Below are positions 13,901 to 27,401 of a stretch of 64,000 nucleotides of DNA, piece after piece (positions within the stretch are counted from its first letter, which is position 1; every line of letters starts with the position of its first letter). A program made the translations under genes and the position numbers. Under the pieces are notes generated by a model. That model ran no database searches and was not told the origin of the DNA. It was given only the letters and a program-made list of their open reading frames with translations. This stretch comes from Lytechinus pictus (Eukaryota): the NCBI RefSeq assembly GCF_037042905.1, contig NC_087249.1:24986001-25050000 (forward strand), read 5' to 3'.

Positions 13901-16159
13901 AATTAAACCCACACAAAGTACCTGCATCGGGAAAACTAGCTATGAGTATGTGTACTCTTTCAATAGGTTTTTTAAAGTTAAATTAATTCTGAATAGAAGT
14001 TACTTGCTCTTTATCCTCGAATTGTTCCAGGCATGAGAGACAGAATTTATATTCGAAATAAAGAAAAATGCCCAGCTTATCAAGGTATAAAAACTCTCAA
14101 ATACACAAATGTAGGAATTTAAATGTCATCAAAATTTAACATACATACGTGTATGTAAATGGAGTACACTCCATTTGAAACAGAAATATATTGGAATCTC
14201 TATTTTTGTCGCTTCCACAATTACACTGAGGCAATTTCATCATGAGTTTAGGCAATTCACCTTTTTTGGTATCTTTTGAGATTATGAAAAGGAACTGTGT
14301 ACGATTATTGCCCCTGGAAGCAAAACTGTGAACAAATTGAAGTTAACACCATTCTTTTTAAAGCCACCTTGAAGTTCAAGGACGGTTATCCGTGGCTACA
14401 TGTGGAACTTTTAATGAGGTTCATGGGTAGTAAATAAGGTTCAGCTTGAGTTCAATGGCTACTTTATATTTAGAATGTGATTGGGATGAGATCATGGATG
14501 AGTGATCATAATGAGATTATGATCACTTTCCGAGATAGGGGCATGAATGTCAAATGAACTGAACTTGGAATTAGCATTGATTCATGAAAGAAAAACAAAT
14601 GAATTATATAAATTGTGATTTTTTTTCTCATTACTACATGTAGTTCAATTTGTATAGCAATGGCTATGATGATCCAGGGACCAAGGTTCAAAACCAAGGT
14701 CAAGTCTCAAACTGGTAGACTTTGGTAAGGCATAATTCCTCACTATGCAGGTCCATCGGAAAGGACATCTTGGGAGCGTTTCATGAAAGGAGTTGTCGGA
14801 CATTTCATCTGATCATAAGTCCTGTTTTTATCACATAGTTACCGTAGTAACAATGCCTCTCAGCCAATCAAAAACGAGGAAAGTTGTCAGGTCTGACAAC
14901 TTGTCAGGCAACAAATGTTGATGAAACGCTACCCAGATGTAGAGCCATCAGTTCTCTGGTAACACACTAACTTGTGCTACAATGACACACATTCCAAACT
15001 GATGGGTGATATAGTGTAATAGCTTTGGCTGATCTGGGCCACCGTCTTACAAAGAGTTACAATTGATCCGATTAACCTTAACTGTAAGAAAATCCATCAA
15101 TATCATATTTTTTTCTACAGGATATTTGCACAATGTCCTTTGTAAACAAAGAGAAACATACAGAATTTTCAACCAAAAAAAAACAAGGAATGTATGAATA
15201 TACAACATATGTCGGAAATATTTTGAATTAACCCGGGGGGGGGGGGGGATCATTCAAATATATTGCTGTACACAGGCGTGACCAAAAAAACGTGTTTAAA
15301 GGGGTGTTTTTTCAGTTGGCATTTCAGATGTTGACGTTGCTGGCTATTCATAGTTCAGATTGAACGGAACAATCGCAACTCTCTGTAAGACAGGGGCCCT
15401 GAAATTGGTTTTGTTGGTGTGATCAAAGCATTACGGCCTCAACTACATTCCTGTTGGTTAAACCAACATTGTTTTGGTTGGAGACATTTCCGCAAGGTAG
15501 TCTCTGAGACAGCTCCTTTTAGTGAGATGGAGTTTACATTCACCATAATCCTTTTCCTCAAGATAAATACCGGTTATGTTAACAATCTCAAAATGAGTTC
15601 GTACAGAATCCAATAAAATGACCACCCAAATGTTTGTGCCAAATGGCTCTGGAAGTAAATGTGAAATTGCGAGAAATTAGTAAAATATACAAGGAATTCC
15701 ATAAAATGTCAGGTATTTGTCCAAGCAATATTAATACATTGTCCCATATATGCCTTTTTGTGTCAGTTTTCATCAGAATTGTCGGTTTTCAGCTAATTAG
15801 ATGAGTTGATTTCAATGTACCAATTCTAGATCTATGACAATAAATTTAACCTTGATTTTAAAAGCTTTCTCATGAAGTAATAAAACTATGACTAAATTTT
15901 CAGAAATAAGGTGAGAAAAATTGGCACAAGAGCAAACATTAATTAATGTAGGATGTGACTGCAGATCCTTAAAACAGCGTGTGTGTGTGATCTATGAGGC
16001 TACCCATGAACAATGCCAGACATAATATGGTTACCTGCATCTCTCAATGATTTTTTTTTGGGGGGGGGGGTACAACACGTGAATGCACATTAATATACCA
16101 GCAACGTTTGCACTTAATCAATCTAGAAGCTCTAAAAGAAAGGTTTTAGGCAATATTAA

Positions 16160-16755
16160 AGGAGAATGAAACCCTTGAAACCAGCTGAATCCATATCAAA
16201 GAGAAAAATCAAAGAAACATATTGTTGAAAGTTTGAGGAAGATTGAATGAATAATAAGAAAGTTATGAGCATTTGAATATTGAGATCACTAATGCTATGT
16301 AGTTCCTCCCATTGGCAATGCGACCAAGATCTGTGATGTCACACACGTACAACTCCCTCATTACTTTAGTACTTATTTCACTTATATTATCACTTTTATA
16401 GAGTCTATCACAAGGTGAGGTGTTCTCTTTATGAGAGGACAAGTACAGAGGTTTCACAACATTATATCATTGATGAATCATTTGTCATATGATTACATGT
16501 AGAATGAGCAAAAAGATATGTTTTGGGGTACCGGTATATTTTCAGTGTCCAAAAGGGGAGAGTTGTTCATCTGTGACATCATAGATCTTGGTCGCATTGC
16601 CAATGGGAGGATCTCCATAGCATTAGTGATCTCGACATTCAAATGCTCATAACTCTTCTATTGCTAGTCCTATTTTACTCAAACTTTTGTTGATCTTATT
16701 CTTTGATTTTTCTGCTTTCACAAAAGCTAACTTGCTCCAAGAGTTTCATTTTCCT
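16160..16755. mobile_element. Kolobok/T2-type MITE, second family
   Basis: TTAA|AGGAGAATGAAAC...GTTTCATTTTCCT|TTAA; long internal inverted repeat. Confidence 0.85.
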
Positions 16756-16855
16756 TTAAACGAATGGGTTTGCATGCTGGGTGTTTTCCATTACCTGTAA
16801 CACTATCTCACAGGTTGTAGTCATTTCACAGTTTTACTGCACAATGCATCTAGCT

Positions 16856-17408
16856 CCCGGGGGGGCCACTTCCATTCACGAGTGGATACCATGCGCGACC
16901 ATGGGGTCTCGAAAAGCACCCTAAACACGTAATTTCCATATTCTGAAAATGCACCCCTTAACAAGTATTGGCGTGTGAAACCCTACCCTTAACAAGTATT
17001 GGAAACAAAACGATACTCTTGGCAAATATTCCCTGAAATCAACCCCTAAACAAGTACAGGAATGTTTTATTGTTACGGGTCCTTCGGTCGTCGGCTTACC
17101 TTATTTGGTTTAGTACGACCCCACCTTCTACACCTCGCGCAAATCGGACTCTAAACACGAAGTGTTGGGGCAAAATGGACATCCTTTATAAAACGTTTTT
17201 TTTTTTTGGTTTTATCATTCCCGCAAATTCGACCCTAAACACGTAATTTTCCTAGCGAAATAGACACCCTTTTTTCATTATTTTTGTGTTTTTGACACCC
17301 TTATCACGTTACGTACGTAACGTGCCCTATCGTGAAAAGGACATCCTTTTTACGTGTTTTTTTGGTCGCGCATGGTATCCACTCGTCAATGTAAGTGGCC
17401 CCCCCGGG
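16856..17408. mobile_element. Young MITE with CCCGGG termini and an 8-bp TSD
   Basis: ATCTAGCT|CCCGGGGGGGCCACTT..GAGTGGATACCATGCGCGACCA ... TGGTCGCGCATGGTATCCACTCG..AAGTGGCCCCCCCGGG|ATCTAGCT. Confidence 0.9.
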
Positions 17409-17977
17409 ATCTAGCTCCTTGGTGAAACTGTCCTACATTTTGTATTTTCTCATAATTTGCACATCTTGGCTTTGGGAACAGGTCAAAATACCAATTGTGT
17501 AATTTCTTATTAAACTTTCTGACCAATCAATCATCCTAATAAAAGTGAAATGAAACTATAAAAGTAAAGCACTTATGTTTGTTCAGCCCATGTATGTAAA
17601 TTCAATACTCCACTTTCACTATACATGTATATATACATATTGGTCTGCAAAAGAAGACTAACGGTGACAATGTACCCTTTTGCAATGATGAATCTGCTGC
17701 CCAATCTAGCTTCCCAGTGTTTCCATGCCAACCGTATCACATTCATAATGGTCTATACAAAAGACGGATAATTTGTAATTATTACGATATAGACCAGACA
17801 AGGTTGTGTGAAATAAATTATTTTTGAAAGAGATGCTGATAAGCTTCAAACAATTACTGTAATATATTCTGATTTCTCTATGTGTCATGATAATTATCAA
17901 AATTAAGTGGGTCAGCAAATGTACATGCATGTATGATCCCTTTGTAACTTATCTTCTATCTCTCCGAGTCCTATAGG

Positions 17978-18427
17978 CAGAGCTGCCAAGTTGTATTTTG
18001 CATTTTCAGTATTCTTATCCCACAAAATCAGTATTTTGACAAAAAAATCAGTATTTACACGTGAGATAAATATTTTGTATTTTTCCCCAAAAAAGTGTAT
18101 TTCATAATAAAATGCTTGGCGCACTCGCCCATCACGGCGCTCAAGCTGCATGCAAGCTAAAATGTGCACTGCTCTTGCAGATGAAAAAAAAAAACATTGA
18201 AACTTGTGTATATCTCACCCTGGTTTTTACAAAATGATTGAAAGAAAAAACAAGTTTCCTGAAATTACGTTGATCTAATAACCATATTTGTGTACGTTTT
18301 ATGAAACAGAGACATATAGAGATGATTTTTTTTTTTTTTTTTTTTTTGAACTACAAAAAACGTACTGCCGTATTTTGGTTGCACAAACGTACTAAATACA
18401 GAAAAATAGTACTACTTGGCAGCTCTG
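17978..18427. mobile_element. MITE with CAGAGCTGCCAAGT TIRs and an apparent 6-bp TSD (TATAGG)
   Basis: TATAGG|CAGAGCTGCCAAGT...ACTTGGCAGCTCTG|TATAGG. Confidence 0.8.
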
Positions 18428-20401
18428 TATAGGTATTTTTTATCTCTTATTCTCTCCCCTAGAGCTGTTTTTCTCTGTTAAAAACCAAACTCTTTCCATC
18501 ACCTTCATCCTTCTCTCTCTCTCCCTCTCTTTGCTAATTTTCCCTAAAATGTTCAGGGGTAGATAAATTGCAAAGTGTAATTAGAATTGCATTAGTGCCT
18601 CAGACACAATGAATTGGCTTCGACATGCTGTACACATATATCCTTTCCTACCAGATGCAAAGCACATCTAATCCTATTAATTTACAAACATGCTAATAAA
18701 GCAACATGTACTGTGTGCCTTGTCATTCCTCAGTGTGTATCGATTAACAAGAATAATCAAAAAGAGATTGGATTCTTTAGTAGAAGCGTGGATTGCAAAA
18801 AGATATTAAATACCATGAAATTAATTTATTTATTTACTGTAGAGGACTTGTAATAATATGGCACTGACCCCCCCCCCCATAACAAATAGAATGAGCATGT
18901 AAGAATGATAATTATATGGAAAAAATCTAGAGTTTGGGTGTAAAACAAATATCAGTTACAAAAAGTATAAAGCAAATTCAGGAGTAAACAAACTTAAATT
19001 TAAATTCACATTTCAAGAATATGTACATGTATATAAAATTCATTTTCATATTCAAATCTGCTCCTAAACACCTATGATCCAATATCATGTTTTGTAGTGT
19101 ATAATCATGCATAACATGTTTCACGCATGGCATGCTGCAACGTACATTCCACGTTTGACATGAAACTGTCCAAACCAACATGCGTTACACTGTACTTTGA
19201 CTTTATCATCAGCTACCTAGCCATGAGCATGCACCCATTAACAGGTGGCAATGAAGATTGAGTTTACTTCGTGATTTAATTATAAAAACTGGATTGAAAT
19301 CAAGTAGTATTCCTTGGAGCTAAACAGTAATGGGAATTCATTAACATGTAGAGCAGTAAGTCAAGAAATTAAATATGACCGGCGCTGTGTAATTTGAGCC
19401 AGGTAGCCTTGACAGAGAAAAGTCTTGAAACTGCTACTGGAAACTGAATTGAATCTAGTACCAACAGCCCTTGAAAGATTTTAAAGTCCACTAGTTGTTT
19501 TAATGTAGAATAATTGTCATCAGTATCTTCCTCTCTTTCTCACTCCATGTCTCCCTCTTCTTTCCCCTCTTCCTCTTTTCCTTTCCTTCTTTCTTAATAT
19601 CTTTATCTTTCTCCTTCTTTTTCCTCCTCACTCATTTTCTTCTCCCCCCCCCCCATCCTCCATCTTTTCTCCAATGTATTTCTCTCAATTTCTCAAAATT
19701 TTCTTCACTTACATGCTCTTTCCCTATCCAGCTATTAAACCAATTCTATCAATATTTCCATGTTGGGTCACTATCTACATGCGTACATTCCAGATATTTT
19801 TTACCAATATAATTGTAACCATTGCAACCATCTCTGAAAAAACGGGGGTAAATGTGAATGAAAAAAACAAACACTTTGCCAAAAATGTGAAAAGCAAAAG
19901 GAAAGGTCATCAACATAAAAAGTTGTATTTTCTCTCTCAAAAAAAAGTATTGGTGAAGGTTTAATGAGAATTCATCAAAGAATTTAGCTCTCAATCTTGC
20001 AAGCAGCTCCCCATATATTGTAATATCAATTCCATAAATTCACGTTCTTATGGAACATGATACACATTTTTCTGGTACAAGTAAGTTATATGAAATGATA
20101 TGTTTGATATTTATAAGTGTATCTTCCACAAAAATAAAAATAAAATAACTTTCAATTTTTTGAGAGAATGGCATTTTGGGAAATCTGCTTGTCTCTGATA
20201 TTATAAAATCAAAAACTTAAAAGTTTGTTATATCAGTGATGATATATTTAGGTTAAATACTTAGTTTAACTTCAATCATCATGTAACCAAAACAACCAAA
20301 TTTATATTCTTATTTTTGACTTTGGCCAACTTAAGAAAAGCTACAATTACCAAGGGGGGTGCTTCCAATTTTCCAAACGTCTGTGCATGATGACAAATAG
20401 A

Positions 20402-21447
20402 CAGTGGATTGAGTGGAATATCTAATGGGTGCAAGGGGGCACATGCCCTGGGCGCCACTTTCAGGGGGCACAAAAAAGGAATAAAGGCGCAGAAAATGAA
20501 TACCACTGAAGGTGATTAATACCCCTGTCCTATGCTATTTGCATGGTAATGTAGTTTCCAACACATTTAGAAAATTAATCTTGCATGTCTTTACCCAGGG
20601 ATAAAATATTCTTCATTCATGCCAACTCTTGATTAGTGATAAACTTATTCTCTTCAAGAATTCCAACAAACAGTCCTTAAAATATTCCCTTTTCAAATGC
20701 AAATATCATAACTTTTCATCTCTAGCAGTGGGTTTGCATTTTGATACGTTACATGTACTCTGTTAATTCTTACAAACAGTTCTGAAATACATAGGTTTAA
20801 TTGTCAAAGCTTTTCATCATGCGCTGATCTGATAAGGGAGATACAAATGATCTGTGTTAAATTTATAAGCAATCATGAAATAAATGTCCCTTTTTAGGTG
20901 AGGATATAAAAAAATAGCTCGTGCTTCACGATCACATTAGCCAATGAAATAAGTATCCTTTTTGTGAATTCCTACAAATAGTCCTTAAAATTTTCCCCTT
21001 TCAGGTAAGTATATAAAAATTTCAGCTCACCCTTCGTACTTGCATTAATTGCTTAGTTTAGATACGCATCGTGGGATTACTTCTTCCTAAAATTTCCTGA
21101 TTTCAGGTCTAAACATCAATAATTTCTAACTCGCGCCGCAAGCTCGTATTAATTGTATTATAAAGAGTGCTTATAATATTAAGTCTTAAGATCTCAAAAA
21201 TGAAAAAAAAATTACATTCATTGTTTAGTTACAATGTAGATACATGTACGCATCATGTTTATGTTTACAAAAAAAAAAACTTGGAGTATTCCGTCTTAAC
21301 GTCTAAATATTCACACTCGTATTGACATTATGTTTTATTTTGACTGGTTGTGTATACTAACTGTAGTACGTATAATACACTTTGAAAGGGGCGCGATTTT
21401 AGCACTTGCCCCCGGCGCCATTTGTCGTACATGTAGATACGCCACTG
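20402..21447. mobile_element. Older element of similar architecture (CAGTGG...TACGCCACTG ends, degenerate internal repeats)
   Basis: GC-rich ends, with decayed ctcgcgcttcgcgc-like motifs on the opposite strand. Confidence 0.55.
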
Positions 21448-21795
21448 CAAATAAAGGACTCTGCCTTATTTTTGATACTCTCATATCATTGCAAAACACT
21501 TCGTGCACCTCAAACAGCAGCTACAGCTAAAGGTAACATCTAGTGCGCCACTGAATAGGAAACTACATGTAGACAATCAGCATTTTATAAATGATTATTT
21601 TGTGTGTGTGTTTTGTAAATCACCTCTTTACTGATAAATCATGTATCATAAACAAAGGCAATAAACCCAGGATATTGGTTTTTAACAATAACAAACAAGA
21701 AACAGGGTAACATACAGTTTAGATGTGAACATTACAGTGTAACAAATAGATGCATGAAACCAAAGTATTTACATATATGTATAAACAAACAAATA

Positions 21796-21891
21796 ACAAA
21801 AATAATGATAGTATGCACATTTTGAAAAGAAAACTAAGTTATATATAACTTAGTTTTCTTTTCAAAATTTGCATACTATCATTAATTTTGT
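21796..21891. repeat. Spacerless AT-rich palindrome (~96 bp, 2 mismatched pairs)
   Basis: Centre ...aagttata|tataactt...; arms pair out to 21796/21891. Confidence 0.9.
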
Positions 21892-21939
21892 ATAAGTTTA
21901 ACACTTAATTCCAATATTTGTATTGTTAATGTTACTCAC

Positions 21940-22048
21940 CAAGTTTAACTTGCAATGAAGATGGCTTCCTAAGGTTTTTAATGGAATGTCTACTAGAGGG
22001 TGAGCTGGTTATATCCACATGGGTTGTCATCCTTTCTGTCTCCAGCAT
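21940..22048 (-). CDS. Putative exon 2 of the unrecognised minus-strand gene
   Basis: ttgtttag| MLETERMTTHVDITSSPSSRHSIKNLRKPSSLQVKL |gtgagt; phase 0 in, phase 1 out. Confidence 0.55.
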
Positions 22049-23201
22049 CTAAACAAACAAGAGATTTTAAATTATTTTACCAACCCCTCATGCCATGGAT
22101 AACAGTTTCTTTAATACTTGATACAAGAGATACACTACTGTACTTAAATATCAATGAAAAATTAAATTAGCAACACTTCCCTATGTCACTACATATACTT
22201 TGCTATATGCAGTACTATGATCTGATCCACTCATTTGAAGTATTGATACTACTGTACATATTACACATTGTATTCTACTTTTCTTCATGAATAAAGAAAT
22301 TACTTCAACACGACTGATCTCACATCCTGAATTACAAAAAGACTTTTTGTCAATAAAAATTGACAACCTACAATTTAATATAAAAAGTGATTGGTGAAGT
22401 ATAACCAGTGCATGAAGTACTGGTTCACTGCATTCTGTTTACACGTATTTTATGTTAATCACTATAATCACAAGGAAGGTTCCAAATTGGTAAACAAAAT
22501 TCTATAGAATTTCATAGCAATCCTTAGCAGTCCAGCTGGATGCAAAATCATATAACACTTTCAGTAAATTCAAACCATAACTACATGCACTAGGGCTGTT
22601 ATCGATAACCTCTTTATCGCTAGTCTTGTCGATAATCGCTTGGTGTTTTTTTTTGGGTGGGGACATGACAGTGACTTTCCGCAATTGCGGAAAACAGCTG
22701 GAATTCACGGAAATGGCCTTTTGAAAGTGGCTTTTCAATTGAAAATCACAGAAAAAAAAAACTTCGCTATAATCATGACAATCAAAACATCGTGTCTGCA
22801 CTCGACTCCATTTTTAGCGAAGTACCAACGTAGAAGGCAGCACACGGCCATGAGTTGCTGCCCTCTGTGTTCGAAGATGTACAGCACAATATCAAAATGG
22901 CGGATAGGCGAAAGACGTTGATTGCTTGTCAATTCTTTCTCTGGTGCGAAATGTCCTTTACTTGCGGTTGAAGACCTTTTTTTTTTTTTTCTTTTTTTTG
23001 CTTGTCAATTTTATTCTGGTGCGAAATGTCATTTATTTGTGGTTGAAGACCTTTTTTTTTTTTGGCGGACGAATCCCCCCCCCCCCCCTTTGGAAAATCC
23101 TAGGTACGCCACTGCACAGTTACAATATCCCACCTGTTTGATCTGTACTGAATTGTTCTAAAAGTCAAAACTGATATACAAAACTAAAACTGATAGTTGT
23201 A

Positions 23202-24531
23202 AGGAGATTGAGGTTAGTTGGAACATTTTTGACAAAAATGGCTGTAAAGTCCAAATCGATTTTAATCAAGAAACAATCAATATATCAGCTTAAAGCATAT
23301 ATCTAAGGGCTACAAATGTACCCATAAAATTCTTTAACTATGTTAGTTACTGAAAAATCCACCTTGAACAAGACCATCTCAAGTGTTCCAAATGGGGTAC
23401 ATGTAAGTTAAGTTGGAACATGGTATGGGGTAAGTTGGAACACTGCATGGTCAATTAAAGAATTATACTAAAACTACTACATGCTTAAATTAGCTTATTT
23501 GCTTATTTTTTAAAGTTCAAAATATTAAAGGTGAGTATTCTGATTTGTTGAACTTTATGTTTTCTATTACACATGATATACAGCCATTCACGGAAGCCGA
23601 CAGTGTAGTAGAATTCTGCATATTATTTTGTGTGCATTTGATTTTACAAGCAATTAAGTGTATCAGCAATTCCATGTACTTCTGCACCAAATTTACATGA
23701 CATTGATCGAATGCAGTTTTTTAAACAGTAACTCAGTAATAAAATGGATATGGAAGCTGACACTGTATATGAAATATAATTATAAATAGTGGCTTTCATG
23801 AAAAATATATGATGCCAAAATCTTAGGTAGGGGCAAAGCTGGGGATGATTATAGCCTAGGAAGTAGGAACACACCCCTTTAACTGTACTTTGAACTAATT
23901 ATCTATACCATACAATAACAACTTAAGGTCAGAACTGAATGAATGAAAAGGTAAATTATACTCAGAACTATTAAATGAACATTGTTGTCAAACATGAGAT
24001 ACAAACAAAGTGTAGTCCCGTACCCAATAAAATGCACCTAGCATATATAAATAAATATCTTGGGTAATTATTTTGGCAACTTATCACTAAATATATTGCA
24101 GTTAAGATTTTAAACCAACACATTTGCTATTCCAAATAGCCCCTTCAATTTTGTTCCAACTAATCCCAGAGGCCCATGTGACATTTACAAGCTTACAGCA
24201 CAAAAAAGGGACTTCACCATGGCATATCAATAACCTTATTTTGTAGCTTGGTACAAGTGTCTATCATACCCCTGAACTGGCCAACTTGAATCTATAAACT
24301 TCTCTGAGATAATAAACATTTCTGAAAGAAAAAATATCACTCAGAAGGTGAAAAAACAACATTCCTTTCTAACTGCACCAGGCTTTTTGCACATGTGTTG
24401 TCTGTAATATGGTGGATGGCTGTTGCTAATGGCAATAAATCGAGGGCAGAATTGCATATATTTATTAATAGGTGTTAAAGAAAATTATAATGTTTCAACT
24501 TACCCCGCTTTCCAACTAACCCCAATCTCCC
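23202..24531. mobile_element. Non-autonomous TA-TSD (Tc1/mariner-pogo-like) element
   Basis: TA|AGGAGATTGAGGTTAGTTGGAA...TTCCAACTAACCCCAATCTCCC|TA; internal ggggtaagttggaac repeats. Confidence 0.75.
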
Positions 24532-25669
24532 TATTTTGTAGTTTAAAGAGAAAGACTTTGATGTGTATTCATAAATCATATTGGACAGTTTTTGTATTTA
24601 CAGTTTGTACTGTTTGCACTCATCCCCCTCCTACTCGCTTTCCTTCAATCCTATGAAATTTAAAAGAATATGATATCATTACATCAGAAGTGACAATTGT
24701 AATATTTATAATTCTGTTTTCATCAACTTTCAGCTTTTGTAATGATCATAACCCTTTGATTGTCTTGTACTTGTAGGTTTGAACAAGAATTACTCTCATT
24801 TTTTTTTAAATGGTGTAGACATAACCTTCAAGACAATTCTTTGATGTCTCAAAGTATACACCTACGGAACCAGGAAAGTATGTCTTCAGTGGTTTACAGT
24901 ACAATGTGAGTGAACATTTGAAAGAGATCTCTTGATGTGAGAAAATATATTTCCACTAACGATTAACCTATCCAAAAATTAACTTATCCAAACTCTTTCA
25001 CTAAATTTCTTCAAGTTCAGGTTTAAAAAGGAACTCAGAATCTCAGAAAGGGGTAATCCAGACATCGCTTAGAAGCACTATCCTCGAGATGTGATGTCGC
25101 TTCCGTGCAATGTGCAATTTACTCTGGTGAATGACACCTTTCGAGGTATGATTTGAAGGACTGTGTGGGAAAAAAGGCCATTTATTCATCTTGTTTCAAG
25201 TTCCTTTGAATTATAATTAATTATTCCTTATCAGTTCGATTAAAGAATGCACTAGTATAATACACCAGTTGTGCTCGTTTCCACAGGTGCCACACCCTGC
25301 TTTTCTTCTTCTGCCAGTTCGGGGTAAAAAAAATAAATAAACACCTTCTAATGTTGCAACTGGACATGCCCAAGAAAAAAACAATATACTTTTTGCATTC
25401 ATATTGGTTCATACTCATAGTTAAGTAAACATTTCATAGAACTGGCATTAAGACACTGCAACACACATAATGCAATCCGGCATGTAAAAAAAACGATCAG
25501 TAGGCCTAGATACGCGTACAACACTTGAAATGGTATTCCAAAAACAATACACACAAATCTAGCAATGGGTCCAAGCTGGAAAATAAATAAAGATTACCAT
25601 ATGATTCCAAAGTGAAAGAATAATCGCGTGAATAAAAGCTAATGATCCCGTTCAAGAGAAACACCTTAC

Positions 25670-25726
25670 CCGTGTGTGTTCGTTGACTGATGTTGCATAC
25701 CCACTGTCTGTTTCGTCATCTTCCAT
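25670..25726 (-). CDS. Putative first coding exon of an unrecognised minus-strand gene (MEDDETDSGYATSVNEHTR)
   Basis: agcATGG start context, 19 open codons, donor CGG|gtaagg, CpG-richer promoter-like patch just upstream. Confidence 0.5.
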
Positions 25727-27069
25727 GCTTGCTCCGTGGTGAGGGACAATTTTTTTCCAGTCTCAGATAAATTAGATGGTGATCACCATGATATGAATTG
25801 GATTGTGAACATCAGCTGATGGCGTTTTGGTCATGCGCCATCTCGCGGTGAACGGCTATATAACTTTTCAGTTCAATTGCTTTATTTTCCACTTTCAATT
25901 TCGATTTCATATTTACAATTATCATACAATTCACATAGTCACATATAATCACATTTTAAGTATTATAAAAATTGATAACGTTATAACATTACAATAGACA
26001 ATTATCAAATTGAAATATAAATAATTGAAACATCAGGAAATTAATCATTTTGAACGAGTTTGGAGTAGGACAATATTCCTTTTTAATTATTTTGTCCGAT
26101 GTTGGAAATTATCATTCTTTATTTCCTGCAAGGGATTCTTTAAAGGCATGATAAAAAATAAGAGAATGGGCTTGCAATGGTATGAATCCCACTTTTCGGA
26201 GGGGTGGGATGGCATGTACAATCATCCCCCCTCCCACTTTTCAAAACGATTTTTGTTTTTCAATCAAAGTTTAAGGAAAATGAGGCTTTGGAACAAGATA
26301 GCTTGTGCGAAAGACGAAAAATCAAAGACTGATATCAAAGAAAGTTTGAGAAAACTCGGACAAGTAAGGAGAAAGTTATGAGTATTTGAAATATATAATG
26401 AAATTAAGCTTTGAAACCCCATGTACGTCAATTTCTTCCATTGTGTGAATTCTTCTCCTCCCCCCCCCCCCCCCCCGATTGAAAAGACTCAATATACCTT
26501 GGGACTACATGTATACATGTATTAGGAATAAAGTGTCAACTTACTAAGTGTTCTTTTTTTGTAGGCATTCAATTTCCATGATTTAGTAATTTTGGGGGAA
26601 ATATGAACTTTTCTGTTGGAAATTCATTAACAAAATAGTGGTCATCTCTTATTTAAAACATCAAGAGCTTAAATCATATTGTATTTAGTGTCAGTGGTGT
26701 ATAGTTTCATTGATTTACAGAAAATTGCATCATTCATTGAAAAAAACGTTTTAAAACGATTTAAAACGTTTTAAAACAATAAAAAACTTTTATTTGTTTT
26801 TTTAATAAAAAACGTTTTTTATTACAACCCTGGCTTTTGTCTATATTTCACTTTACTGCCTCTTTTCTAACATCTTCAGTAGATCATCATTATTTCCATA
26901 GGAGGGCATGATGTGATTCAAATTTGCAGAGAATACATTATGGATAAAGAGTTTGTATCACCATAAGAAAGCTAAAAAGATGAAACATTTTGGGGGTATT
27001 TTGCCCTATTAAGCAAAGTATGTTTCATAAAGTTATGAAAAAAATGTAGGCCTATCTTATGTATGATGT

Positions 27070-27318
27070 NNNNNNNNNNNNNNNNNNNNNNNNNNNNNNN
27101 NNNNNNNNNNNNNNNNNNNNNNNNNNNNNNNNNNNNNNNNNNNNNNNNNNNNNNNNNNNNNNNNNNNNNNNNNNNNNNNNNNNNNNNNNNNNNNNNNNNN
27201 NNNNNNNNNNNNNNNNNNNNNNNNNNNNNNNNNNNNNNNNNNNNNNNNNNNNNNNNNNNNNNNNNNNNNNNNNNNNNNNNNNNNNNNNNNNNNNNNNNNN
27301 NNNNNNNNNNNNNNNNNN
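27070..27318. other. Assembly gap (249 N)
   Basis: Run of N. Confidence 1.
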
Positions 27319-27401
27319 TTCTTCGTCTTCTCCAATATGTTTGTTTTTCTTTCTCCCTCTTTTTATCCTTTTACCCCTTTTTTTTGGGGGGGCACCCAAT
27401 G

